64,000 nucleotides of DNA, from IMG/VR virus record IMGVR_UViG_3300028804_000002, positions 64,001 to 128,000 of that record; one strand, written 5' to 3'. The DNA comes from a virus. Lineage: Duplodnaviria > Caudoviricetes. The notes under the pieces are model-generated. The model saw only the letters and a list, made by a program, of their open reading frames with translations. It was not told the DNA's origin and did not search any database. The position numbers and the translations under genes are program-made. Position 1 is the first letter of the stretch. Every line of letters starts with the position of its first letter. Below are positions 21,501 to 30,298 of this stretch, piece after piece.

Positions 21501-22056
21501 TGGACAAGTTGGACAAGGTACTCTGCGATTTGAACCAGAGATCTTCCCCAATTTCCAATGTGATAGAATATTGCTACCTATGCATAATACTAACTCATCA
21601 AACTCATCTGGTTCACATACCTTATCTTTTTGGGTTGGTATATACACAAGAAATGCATCTAGTTTATCATTATATAGCAGTATTTCTGCTTCAACAGCAT
21701 TAACTCATTCAGGAACAGCTGGTAGCTATTCATTATATTCTGGCATAAGACATTTTACTATAGGTATGACAAATACTTTTACAGAAGGTGAATATTGGAT
21801 AGGTTTTCTATCTCGTACAACTTCTGGTGGTGCAAATGGAAGTTATTCAAATATGGTAGTATCTAATGTAAACAGTGCTTTTCAGGGATTCTTTGGTTCT
21901 TCAAATAATACAACCATGCAATTTACATTAGGACAAGGAGTATATACAGTTACTACATCAGCTATGCCTGCTTCTGTTGCATTTTCACAAATAAGGGGTA
22001 GTGATTCAATGGCACTTAGGGCACCAATAATGTTATTTGCTTCATCAACTATATAA
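18544..22056 (+). CDS. Long S/T/G/N-rich tail fibre with internal repeats
   Basis: Repeated FSNSNGISFGLNGSTITAS and YLTTAMASN.GS.FVQA...GTN.SGTIAS units. Confidence 0.8.
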   Translation: MKKLILNYTFNASAKSITFKDYKSINLSGILSIKNLTRNVVIYILNTELNGRVVGNQFIYEGHFPSFKNNDKLQIWYVDNIPDEVSEPPVGSVFAGTSNATLGQVIFSNTNGVSFGINGQVITASVAPADGLVNFSAGTTSRSLSNVVFSNSNGISFGLNGSTITASVGAGGAAGTVSAGTTDVALGKVIFSNSNGISFGLNGSTLTAQHNALTSQSNQAISGSNGSFTFQTATFGNLNGLSFYISNGSLVGSYTVPSTAGHISRINVSAGTTSNNLTNFILSNSNGVTFGLDGSTITASYSQSTHSHSSLVFSNDNNVTFGIAGSTLTASASYSNVTDYISIGESTNFLLTDVTSNFQFTSQMSDYQLTADMTNYQTTGNYLTTAMESDYGSNFIYSSASLDLTNISATLGSDTIALSVAAQSTQPVAYSANNGSALFSTLKFADSNGITFSTGTQGLYGTIKTDYLTTAMASNQGSDFVQATAAFAGTNVSGTIASDGISISVNSQSSVPQNASLYGLGNTTQNSSTVLSVNALSLNAIGSLTVGYSNGSIQLSAPNALTTAMASNRGSEFVQANAVFNGTNASGTIASNAISISVAAQSAQTGISSIVLSNTTYTSGQISFRDGNGISWASTTGQGVSITHGLQFTSNTSAITSNALNTSQSSLFRHTSQNSQLQFTSQMSDYLETAQSSKYIQNWKLTGNTAGTTSSAQGTDLWLAGGNNITVSGSSNTISFSVGNYLTTARASTDAIGLNTAQSNVTWTVNSSGLSFDARGYAGTGTSATNASITLNSNGLQISVAPGGGVNPVASASNGSFSFTTLAFSNANNVTFGTSAGSIITASVAAPGAAAENNWFNLIGNTAGNTTASGSTIALSGGNGVTISGTNGSQIRIDVNTVPDQIFLNGNTGGTSSWSISNDAFYFSGGNNITLSGSGSTVGINAPATSSLSATGQVSISVNGSTISIGVPNASTLSGYNAYADLPMVAGQVGQGTLRFEPEIFPNFQCDRILLPMHNTNSSNSSGSHTLSFWVGIYTRNASSLSLYSSISASTALTHSGTAGSYSLYSGIRHFTIGMTNTFTEGEYWIGFLSRTTSGGANGSYSNMVVSNVNSAFQGFFGSSNNTTMQFTLGQGVYTVTTSAMPASVAFSQIRGSDSMALRAPIMLFASSTI

Positions 22057-22057
22057 T

Positions 22058-22630
22058 ATGGCAGGAACAGCTTCAATAGGATGGTTAGGAAATGTGCAGT
22101 CTACAACTTATGCTACTTGGGATCCTGCTAATACAAATGCAGGCATAACCTTGAGCAATGGAGATTTGACAGCTACTGCCAGCAATGCAGATGTTTATGC
22201 TACTCGTAGTACAATTGGTAAATCTTCTGGTAAATGGTATTGGGAGATAATAATTGGAGCAGTAATAAGTAATTCTACATCATATGGTATAAAAACATCA
22301 TCTGAAGGTACTACAGTACTTGTTGGTACTACAGCAAATGGCTATGGATATACAGATACAGGAGAAAAGAAGAATAATGGTGTCGATACTGCCTATGGAA
22401 CAGCCCCTGCAAATGGTGTAGTTATAGGTGTAGCTTTAGATATGGATACTGGACAAATTACATTTTATCGTAATAATGTTAGTCAAGGAGTAGCCTTTAC
22501 TGGACTTACTGGTACTTTTTATGCAGCATTTAGTTCTGGATTTGGTGCTAATGTTGTTACTGCTAATTTTGGAGCTACTACAATGACTTATACAGCTCCA
22601 GTTGGATATAATCAAGGTTTGTATAATTAA
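22058..22630 (+). CDS. SPRY/B30.2 domain virion protein
   Basis: ITLSNGDLTA, SSGKWYWE, VIGVALDMDTGQITFYRN, ANFG, APVGY. Confidence 0.9.
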   Translation: MAGTASIGWLGNVQSTTYATWDPANTNAGITLSNGDLTATASNADVYATRSTIGKSSGKWYWEIIIGAVISNSTSYGIKTSSEGTTVLVGTTANGYGYTDTGEKKNNGVDTAYGTAPANGVVIGVALDMDTGQITFYRNNVSQGVAFTGLTGTFYAAFSSGFGANVVTANFGATTMTYTAPVGYNQGLYN

Positions 22631-22632
22631 AA

Positions 22633-22664
22633 TTTGGTAATTTCAGATTAATTTTGTATATTAT
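22633..22664 (+). promoter_or_regulatory. Bacteroidota-type promoter variant TTTG-N20-TATATTAT
   Basis: Near-identical to the element at 23473-23504. Confidence 0.65.
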
Positions 22665-22668
22665 AACA

Positions 22669-22776
22669 CTATGTCTAATCTGTAATATAAGTATAGGACA
22701 TGTTGAAAAACCAAATTTCTTAGAGAAAGCCAAAAAATATTTAAAATTAAATGAAACCACAAATGATTGGAATTGA
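22669..22776 (+). pseudogene. C-terminal remnant of an Endo VII-type homing endonuclease
   Basis: LCLICNISIGHVEKPNFLEKAKKYL; no in-frame start; overlaps the GT start. Confidence 0.7.
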
Positions 22777-23467
22777 ATCTGGAATGCATAATGCAGATCT
22801 AGATAAGTCTTCTTTACGTATAAAACAAGGAGGATCATGGCGTAAACAACGAGTTATAATGTTAATACCCGCAGGTCCTAGTATACCAACTAAGGTATAT
22901 TTATCACATTGTAGTTTAATATTTCCACCAAATCAGCCTCATTTTAAAATGGCAGCTGTTGGTATGGAAGTAGGAGAAGCATTCTCAAATTCAATACAGG
23001 ACATCCTAAATCATCCAGAATTATCTCAATGGGAGTATCTATTAACTATAGAACATGATAATATACCTCAACCAGGAGACTTAATAGCCCTTTTAAAAAG
23101 AATGGAGGAGCATCCAGAATTTGCTTGTATAGGTGGTCTATATTGGACTAAAGGTGAAGGTGGTGTACCACAAATATGGGGTGATCCAAAAGATACTACA
23201 CTCAACTATCGTCCTCAAGCTCCTGATCCTAATGGTGGTCTTGTCGAATGTTGTGGTACTGGAATGGGTTTTAATCTTTGGAGATTACAAATGTTTAAAG
23301 ATCCTAATCTCAGAAGACCATGGTTTAAAACAATAGCTGGTAAAGAAGGTGTAGGTACACAAGATCTTTATTTTTGGTCAGATGCAAGAAAAAATGGATA
23401 TCGTTGTGCTATAGATTGTAGTGTCAAAGTAGGTCACTACGAACAGGCTACCGACATTACGTGGTAG
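22751..23467 (+). CDS. GT-A fold glycosyltransferase
   Basis: LLTIEHDN, IGGLY, GTGMGF.L, PWF, TQDLYF, IDCSVKVGH. Confidence 0.8.
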   Translation: MKPQMIGIESGMHNADLDKSSLRIKQGGSWRKQRVIMLIPAGPSIPTKVYLSHCSLIFPPNQPHFKMAAVGMEVGEAFSNSIQDILNHPELSQWEYLLTIEHDNIPQPGDLIALLKRMEEHPEFACIGGLYWTKGEGGVPQIWGDPKDTTLNYRPQAPDPNGGLVECCGTGMGFNLWRLQMFKDPNLRRPWFKTIAGKEGVGTQDLYFWSDARKNGYRCAIDCSVKVGHYEQATDITW

Positions 23468-23472
23468 AATTA

Positions 23473-23504
23473 TTTGGTAATATCCAATTTATTTTGTATA
23501 TTAT
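23473..23504 (+). promoter_or_regulatory. Promoter TTTG-N20-TATATTAT upstream of Endo VII gene
   Basis: 9 nt upstream of ATG 23514. Confidence 0.65.
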
Positions 23505-23513
23505 AATAAAAAT

Positions 23514-23948
23514 ATGCAAAATTTAGAAAAATATAGAAAAAGAAAAAGAGAATATGCTAAAACTCCAGATCAAAGAAAAAAGAGAACTGAATATATGAGA
23601 TTATGGAGAGAAAAAAATAGAGATAAACATAATTTACAAGCTAAAGAATCTCATCATAGAAATAAGCATAAACATATAGATAGAGTTAGAAGTTATAGTC
23701 TTTTAATTAAATATGGTATAACTCTTGAAAATAAACTAGAGATGATTAGATCTCAAAATTTTAAGTGTAAAATTTGTGATAAAGAATTTAAAAATAATAG
23801 AACTACACATATAGATCATAATCACAAAACTGGAGAAATTAGGGGTATTCTTTGTCATATTTGTAATACCAAATTAGGATGGTATGAATTATATAAAAAT
23901 CAAATAAACCAATATTTAAATGAAGAAAGTAACAAAAAAACCAATTAA
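23514..23948 (+). CDS. Endonuclease VII-family (His-Me) homing endonuclease
   Basis: KYGIT, CKIC, HIDHNHKTGEIRGILCHICN. Confidence 0.92.
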   Translation: MQNLEKYRKRKREYAKTPDQRKKRTEYMRLWREKNRDKHNLQAKESHHRNKHKHIDRVRSYSLLIKYGITLENKLEMIRSQNFKCKICDKEFKNNRTTHIDHNHKTGEIRGILCHICNTKLGWYELYKNQINQYLNEESNKKTN

Positions 23949-24501
23949 ACAAGAAGGTCCAATTCGCATTGATATTGGATGTGGTAAAAATAAAAGAGAA
24001 GGATTTCTAGGTGTAGATATTCTACCTTTTGAAGGTGTAGATGTAGTAATGGATGCTGGTAATAAAAAATGGCCTTTTAAAGATAATAGTGTAGATGAAG
24101 TACATGCTTCACATTTTGTTGAACATCTATTACCTAAAGAAAGAATTCATTTTGTTAATGAACTTCAAAGAGTATTAAAAGATCCAGTTTATCAAGATGG
24201 TAGACTTATTAGTGGATTTGCAACAATTATAGTACCACATTGGGCCTCACAAAGAGCTTATGGTGATTTGACTCATACTTGGCCGCCAGTATCTGAATTT
24301 TGGTTTTATTATTTAGATAAAGATTGGAGAGCTATAAATGCTCCACATAACCAAGATTATAAATGTCACTTACAAGTAACCTGGGGTTATTCATTACATC
24401 CAGAAGTTAATAATAGAAATATAGAATATCAGCAAGAAGCTATGAAATGGAAAAAAGAGGCTTGTTCTGATATAATTGCACAAATCAGTAAAAAAATATA
24501 A
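23920..24501 (+). CDS. Class I SAM-dependent methyltransferase
   Basis: IDIGCGKNK, WPFKDNSVDEVHASHFVEH, ELQRVLK, DLTH. Confidence 0.9.
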   Translation: MKKVTKKPIKQEGPIRIDIGCGKNKREGFLGVDILPFEGVDVVMDAGNKKWPFKDNSVDEVHASHFVEHLLPKERIHFVNELQRVLKDPVYQDGRLISGFATIIVPHWASQRAYGDLTHTWPPVSEFWFYYLDKDWRAINAPHNQDYKCHLQVTWGYSLHPEVNNRNIEYQQEAMKWKKEACSDIIAQISKKI

Positions 24502-24503
24502 AA

Positions 24504-24716
24504 ATGAATAATGAGATGAATCCTCAAAATGGTCACATTAATTTAGTAATTTCAATTATTTTAGGAATATTTGGAATACTTTTAGATAATGTAGACATTA
24601 TTGCAAAATGGCTTATGTATCTAACTTCTAGTGCAGCAGCAATAGCTTCTTTTATAAATTATATTTATAGTATAAAAGAAAAAAGAAGACGTCTTCGAAA
24701 AGAAAATAAAGAATAA
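24504..24716 (+). CDS. Putative holin/antiholin
   Basis: Two TM segments, basic tail, upstream of lysozyme. Confidence 0.55.
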   Translation: MNNEMNPQNGHINLVISIILGIFGILLDNVDIIAKWLMYLTSSAAAIASFINYIYSIKEKRRRLRKENKE

Positions 24717-24720
24717 ATAT

Positions 24721-24996
24721 ATGAAAAGAAATGTAGTTAAAGGTATTATAACATCTATTGTTGGTATAGCAATAATGCTTATTACTCTTTCACTAGTCTT
24801 TACAGGAGTAATGGACTGGGTTTGGAATGGAATTGGAGGTATTATTATAGGCACTATATTGCTTCTATCTCCAGATACATTAGTAAAAAAGATAGGTCTA
24901 TTTTTTAGAGGAGCTAGTAGAAATAGAGATGACGATGATAATTGTTATACTCCTCCTCCTAGTAATAGAAAAATAGATAATCCAGATGATAAATAA
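24721..24996 (+). CDS. Putative holin
   Basis: Two TM segments, charged tail, overlaps lysozyme. Confidence 0.6.
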   Translation: MKRNVVKGIITSIVGIAIMLITLSLVFTGVMDWVWNGIGGIIIGTILLLSPDTLVKKIGLFFRGASRNRDDDDNCYTPPPSNRKIDNPDDK

Positions 24997-25435
24997 ACAA
25001 TCAATTAATTTAATAAAGTCTTTTGAAGGCTTAAGATTAAAAGCATATCCTGATCCAGGGACTAATGGAGAGCCATACACAATTGGATTTGGGACAACAG
25101 TTTATAATGGAGTACAAAAAGTAAAGCTTGGAGATGTTATAGATGAATCTCAAGCAGAATCTTATCTTTTATTTGATGTTAATCAATTTTCAAAAGGTGT
25201 CTCTAAACTTATTAAAAAACCCCTAAGTGATAATCAATTTGGAGCTATAACTTCATTTGCTTACAATGTTGGTATACCAAATTTAAGATCTAGTACCCTA
25301 TTAAAGAAAGTTAATAATGATCCTAATGATTACTCAATAAGAGATGAGTTCATGAAATGGAACAAAGCTGCTGGTAAAGTACTTAGTGGACTTACAAGAC
25401 GTAGAAAAGCTGAAGCTGATTTATATTTTAGTTAA
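24986..25435 (+). CDS. Phage lysozyme/endolysin (GH24)
   Basis: FEGLRLKAYPDP...TIGFG, FAYNVG, SSTLLKK, GLTRRRKAE. Confidence 0.95.
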   Translation: MINKQSINLIKSFEGLRLKAYPDPGTNGEPYTIGFGTTVYNGVQKVKLGDVIDESQAESYLLFDVNQFSKGVSKLIKKPLSDNQFGAITSFAYNVGIPNLRSSTLLKKVNNDPNDYSIRDEFMKWNKAAGKVLSGLTRRRKAEADLYFS

Positions 25436-25601
25436 ATTTTTATGAGGACTTTCCAAATATGCCTGTATTTCTGCACTTAAATTTAAATGCTCTATATCTG
25501 GCATTCCATATTTACCTGATTGTATATCTATTACAATCTGCTGTAATTTTTCATCTAATGTTTGTTTCATAATTTTTTAGTTAAGAGGAATTACTAAAAT
25601 T

Positions 25602-25630
25602 AAAGCCCTGACTCCACATCAGGGCTTTTT
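25602..25630. terminator. Intrinsic terminator at convergent junction
   Basis: AAAGCCCTGA-CTCCACA-TCAGGGCTTTTT. Confidence 0.75.
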
Positions 25631-25643
25631 GTTTTAGGCAAAA

Positions 25644-26486
25644 CTATTTTAATTCAATAACTTCTAACATAAAAGGATCAATAAGATTTTCATTTTTGTC
25701 TCTTATGCCTCCGTCATTATTTATAATTTTAATTATTCTAATGATATTCCAGTCTAATTGTTTTTCACTAAGATAAGGTTTTAATGGTTTACCCCACATA
25801 GTTTTCATAGAACTAGCGATTTGTATAAATCCATCTGAATTATAATTTATTTTCAACTTCTTCCATTCTTCTTCTGATTTAAATACTATTTCGTAATTCT
25901 TTTCTTTTTTAGGTTCATCAGTTATATAAAAACCTGGTATTGGTGAAGATCCTATAAAGAACATATTTTTATTATTCTTTACATTATGATTAGATAAAGA
26001 ATCTCCGAGAATACCTATTATTTGTTTTGGTAATCTACAATTAGATATTTGCCAATTAGCACCAAATTCTACACAGCATTCTAAAAATGTCTTAAGTCGA
26101 AAAGAAGTATAATCTATCGTTTTAGTAATATCTTTTATATGAATAAAACCTCCTGGTATTAGTCCTTTAGTTCTAAATTTAGTTTTATTATCATCAATAA
26201 ATTCATCCACATTTACTTTTTGTCCAACTTTAAAACTATTATAGTTTCTGGTTAGAGTAACTTCATCATCTACTTTTACATTCATATTATATAATGGATC
26301 AGCTAATATACTTAATTTATTAAAATCATTAGTAAGTATAGTAAACTGATCGGTATGTATATGGTCACTTGTTATATTTGTGACTCTACCTATAGAATAC
26401 TTTGGTATACTTACACCTATTGCTTCATCACATATAACCCATTTATTTATAAGATCATCAATTAATTTTATTTTTACCTTATTCAT
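25644..26486 (-). CDS. Hypothetical protein
   Basis: 280-aa ORF. Confidence 0.7.
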   Translation of the reverse strand: MNKVKIKLIDDLINKWVICDEAIGVSIPKYSIGRVTNITSDHIHTDQFTILTNDFNKLSILADPLYNMNVKVDDEVTLTRNYNSFKVGQKVNVDEFIDDNKTKFRTKGLIPGGFIHIKDITKTIDYTSFRLKTFLECCVEFGANWQISNCRLPKQIIGILGDSLSNHNVKNNKNMFFIGSSPIPGFYITDEPKKEKNYEIVFKSEEEWKKLKINYNSDGFIQIASSMKTMWGKPLKPYLSEKQLDWNIIRIIKIINNDGGIRDKNENLIDPFMLEVIELK

Positions 26487-26902
26487 GTCTTCAAAAAATT
26501 TTTATCATCTTGTGTCAAGAGTGGTAGACCAAGAGTTTGATTACTCCATATATCTACTTGTTCGATTAATTCTGAAATTTCTGATTTTTTTAAATCAGAT
26601 ATTGATTTACATATAGTAATTTCATTACCTTCAATATTAGTACTATAACATAAACCAAAATGATATTTAAGCATTAATTTGATATCTTCTACTGTACTTC
26701 CAGTAAATTTAGCAATTTCTCTGAATTGTTTGTAGAGAAGTCTGATTTGTCTTACAGACTTATAATCTTTTTGATTGGTATATCTAAGAACTATAGTATC
26801 GCCTTCGTTTTGAAGTTTTAACCAATCTGTGATAAGTTCTCTATTTGAAATAATAAGCTTACCATTCTCTATAGTACCGAATATGTTTATTTGATCTCTC
26901 AT
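26483..26902 (-). CDS. NinB/Orf-like protein
   Basis: KSVRQIRLLY...EDIKLMLK...KSISDLKKSEISELIEQV. Confidence 0.55.
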   Translation of the reverse strand: MRDQINIFGTIENGKLIISNRELITDWLKLQNEGDTIVLRYTNQKDYKSVRQIRLLYKQFREIAKFTGSTVEDIKLMLKYHFGLCYSTNIEGNEITICKSISDLKKSEISELIEQVDIWSNQTLGLPLLTQDDKNFLKT

Positions 26903-26907
26903 AGATG

Positions 26908-26939
26908 CAAATATACACTAAATTTAGTAAAATTCCAAA
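26908..26939 (-). promoter_or_regulatory. Canonical Bacteroidota sigma-A promoter
   Basis: TTTG-N20-TATATTTG, 5 nt upstream of ATG 26902. Confidence 0.8.
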
Positions 26940-26961
26940 AAAATTATTTCTTATTTATAAT

Positions 26962-26999
26962 AAAAAAAGATAGGGCCAACCAGGACGATTGACCCTATC
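26962..26999 (-). terminator. Intrinsic terminator
   Basis: GATAGGGTCAA...TTGGCCCTATC followed by T7. Confidence 0.8.
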
Positions 27000-27009
27000 A
27001 TAATTCTCA

Positions 27010-27212
27010 GAAATGGGGTTTCACCAGCCATCTCCTTACTTTTCTTAACAGCACATACACTTGGTAAAAAGCCAAGCTTTTGCTGGCTCTAAGGTGTCTA
27101 AGCTTCCCTACTCTGAATCAGAGCATACTATTAAATCCTTAGAACTTAATACCACCTTCCTAAACAAATCTTCGAGTATTAGGTTCCGTTTTGCACAAGC
27201 ATTGGGAGCTTT
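27010..27212 (-). ncRNA. Candidate structured, pseudoknotted ncRNA
   Basis: AAGCTCCC/GGGAAGCTT closing helix, three inner hairpins, AAGGTG/CACCTT pseudoknot, second domain AGCCA/TGGCT; ORF-free. Confidence 0.5.
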
Positions 27213-27234
27213 ATTTACGATTTGTTGAACACTA

Positions 27235-27312
27235 TGGTATACAGAACGGATTCGAACCGTTCATGACAATCAGGTTTTGGAGTCCCTCATGTCCCTACAT
27301 CACTAGCTGAGT
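27235..27312 (-). tRNA. Atypical or pseudo tRNA-Trp(CCA)-like RNA
   Basis: Anticodon loop CTCCAAA, T arm AACGG-TTCGAAT-CCGTT, 3' ACCA; canonical acceptor and D arms do not pair. Confidence 0.5.
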
Positions 27313-27614
27313 GAACTTGTAGGTCTCCTATTTGTTTTCAGACAATATCTCTCGTGAGAGAGTATCTGCTGAAGTATAGATACTCATACCATTGCTGTGA
27401 TATGTTTTCTGTATCTTATATTTCCAATAATAGTTTTTGCCAGCATTATAATTACTGACAAGTTTTTTTGCTTTATCTGCTTTTATGTTGTCTTTGATAG
27501 TTATAACAAAAGTTGGCTGATTTTTTGCTACTTTATTTCTTACTATGATGTAAGAAGAAAATAAAACAATACCAAATAAACACAACATAGAAGCTATAAT
27601 ATAATTTCTCATTT

Positions 27615-28505
27615 TTAGCTTTTAAATGGAGTATTCCAACCGGACTCAGTGTAAACATCAGAGCCAGACTTTGGCAGAAGCAGAATTGATAACAATGGTG
27701 TTACCAATAACGTACCTACAACAGCAAGTATGTTATATACAGGGTTACTGTTGATGTAAATGTTGGTAAACAACGACAGTCCCAGGAACAGTACAGAAGC
27801 AACAGCCAAACATGTTGTAAACAACATTGTACTTTCATTTCTGTACACAAAGCCTTTAATGGCCCTGGCTACGCTGAAATCGTTACCCCACTTATGAACC
27901 ATTGCCCATTTGTCATCTGCTTTGAAGAACAAAACGGGGTCCCAATCACGAACCTGGCGGATCTTTTCAGGTTTTGGACGTACAGACAGATTGAACATTG
28001 AAGGCGGAGCCATAATGGCAAAATCGTTTTTCAGTTGATGATCATCGAACTTAAAAGGAACATAGTTCTCTTTTGCACGAAGTTGCTCAATTGTGCAGTT
28101 TTCTCTTTCTGCACGATCAGCATCTCTGCTGTCACAGATTTTCTTCTGCATTTCTTTGATCTTAGCAGCAACTTCCACATCAAAGCTTCCAATGAAGTTA
28201 GAAGTTGGTAAGAATTTGAGCTTATATTTCATGCAAAGCTCTTTGATCTCATCAGGAGTGAATACTCTCGAGCCATAATAGTTTTCTGCTTTTTCGAGTA
28301 CAATAGCAGCTCCTTGCATATCGTGAATTACTTTATTAATGGAATTACTACCAATAAGTTGTAAAATACGCTTATCTTCCAATTCTGCATAACCAAGCAA
28401 GCCTTTAACTTCGTTAAGACCAGCATCAGCTAAAATTGTATTTACTTGTGCTTTTTTGGAATCACTGGTTGCAACCAGTTCATCTTCGAGATTTACCTTT
28501 CTCAT
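27615..28505 (-). CDS. Membrane-anchored phage protein
   Basis: DPVLF..W..VHKWGNDF and two C-terminal TM segments; GC higher than neighbours. Confidence 0.8.
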   Translation of the reverse strand: MRKVNLEDELVATSDSKKAQVNTILADAGLNEVKGLLGYAELEDKRILQLIGSNSINKVIHDMQGAAIVLEKAENYYGSRVFTPDEIKELCMKYKLKFLPTSNFIGSFDVEVAAKIKEMQKKICDSRDADRAERENCTIEQLRAKENYVPFKFDDHQLKNDFAIMAPPSMFNLSVRPKPEKIRQVRDWDPVLFFKADDKWAMVHKWGNDFSVARAIKGFVYRNESTMLFTTCLAVASVLFLGLSLFTNIYINSNPVYNILAVVGTLLVTPLLSILLLPKSGSDVYTESGWNTPFKS

Positions 28506-28809
28506 TTAATGTGTTTTAATTGGTTATTAATTGTTCTTCTTTTATTGAAGTTTCTTTTGTATGGCCATCAGAAAATATCATGTTTTGAAGATATAATTGA
28601 CGACCTTTATCTGTTAATTCATATCTTCCACTACCACAATAATCTACTAATCCTATTGATGTAAGATAATTTGGTATAGTACTTTCAAGTCCAAAATGCT
28701 TTTCTCTTGGTTTATCTCCTATAGAAAAAAGAATAAATTTTTCATGATCATTTAATTCATCAAGTTTTATTTCTCCAGTCTTATTCATTACTCACATTTA
28801 AACTATTAT

Positions 28810-29280
28810 TCAATTCAAATTATCCTCTTTTGCTAATCTTGATAAGCTATATCCATGAGATAAAGCAAATTCTGGATTCTGTTCAATATAAGAATGACAG
28901 CTCTGACAAACAGCTAAAAAATATCTTTTATCAAATAAAAGTTCTCCAATTCTACCCTTCTTGTGATGTATTTGTAGCCCTATAGCTTCATAATCTATAG
29001 TAGGTATTAAACACCCTGTAAGCTTAGCTTCACAGCATTTATGAGCCTCTAAATACTCTATACGAGCCTTTTTATAAAGCTTTGCTTTTTCTTTACCTCG
29101 CTCAGCTGTGTAACCATCAGCTTTTTCAAGAAGTTTCTTGGATTTTTTCTTAGTTTGTTTAGCTTTTTCTTTACTATTTCTTCTTAATTGATCCCAATAA
29201 TGGTATTTACAAAGACCTTTAACTTCAGCCTCGTATTTACAACCATTAATCTTACATAAATTGTCGTACTTTACTCTCAT
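28810..29280 (-). CDS. HNH-like nuclease (NinG-like)
   Basis: CEAKLTGC, QIHHKKGR, FLAVCQSCHSYIE. Confidence 0.75.
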   Translation of the reverse strand: MRVKYDNLCKINGCKYEAEVKGLCKYHYWDQLRRNSKEKAKQTKKKSKKLLEKADGYTAERGKEKAKLYKKARIEYLEAHKCCEAKLTGCLIPTIDYEAIGLQIHHKKGRIGELLFDKRYFLAVCQSCHSYIEQNPEFALSHGYSLSRLAKEDNLN

Positions 29281-29285
29281 GGGAG

Positions 29286-29317
29286 CAAATGTACAACAAT
29301 TTTGTTATATTACCAAA
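29286..29317 (-). promoter_or_regulatory. Canonical Bacteroidota sigma-A promoter
   Basis: TTTG-N20-TACATTTG, 5 nt before ATG 29280. Confidence 0.8.
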
Positions 29318-30298
29318 TAAATTATGCATGATGATGAATTGATTCATCACTTGGCTGTGATACTTTCATTTTTATTACCTTTGCAGGATCTGAAAAGAAT
29401 CTTTTGCCAATTTCTTCTCTTTGTTCAGGACTTAAATTTGCAATTATTTTAGTAATGTATTTTAATTTAGGTTTTTTTGTTGAAATACTACCATTTTGAG
29501 ATTTAATATAAGTATCCCAAATGTATTTTTTCTGCTCTTTTGTGAGGATATCCCAGGCATCAATAACTTTACAAATTGTCATATTACGTAACCCTTGTTT
29601 GGTTACATTTTCAGCAATTTTTACTGTTATTGATTTTTGCAGAACAACAGGATTTTCAGCTTTTTGTCCTTCTTCAGGTTTTTCAACCTTTTTTCTTAAA
29701 AAGCAAGTAGCCACTATACCTGTATATTGTGCTCTACTCATTTGTTTACCCAAAAATTGTTTGTAATGCCATGATATATAATAATCAAGGCCATTAATTG
29801 TGATCTTCATGATTTTATCATTTTAAATTAAACCTCTTTGTACAAATTCTTCGTAGATTTCTTGTTTAGTTAAACCCACTATTTTTCTGGGTAAAGCATT
29901 TTTCGTTTCACCCATATCTTCAGCTATCATATCCTCCACAAAATATAAAAGATTGTAGTGTTTCTTTACTATATTTTGTTTTTGAATACTAAGTTCTATT
30001 TTTTGTTTTTCAATTGTTAAATATTTGTTTATTATCTCATTGGTCTTTCGGTTTTTTAAAATGTTAACAATTAAGTGTCCTTCTTTGCTCTGTAACACTT
30101 CTAAAAACTTCTTATATTTGTCTTCAGGTATTCTGAAAATTGTTGATATAGGTAATATTTTACTCATATCATATTTAGGAGCAATTTCATGACTATATGG
30201 TTTAAGTTTGTTATTCTCCTCTTCAAATAAAGTACAAACTACATTATCTTCGTTTGGTTTAAATCTAATAAGTGCTACAGTAGTCATTTTGTTGGAAT

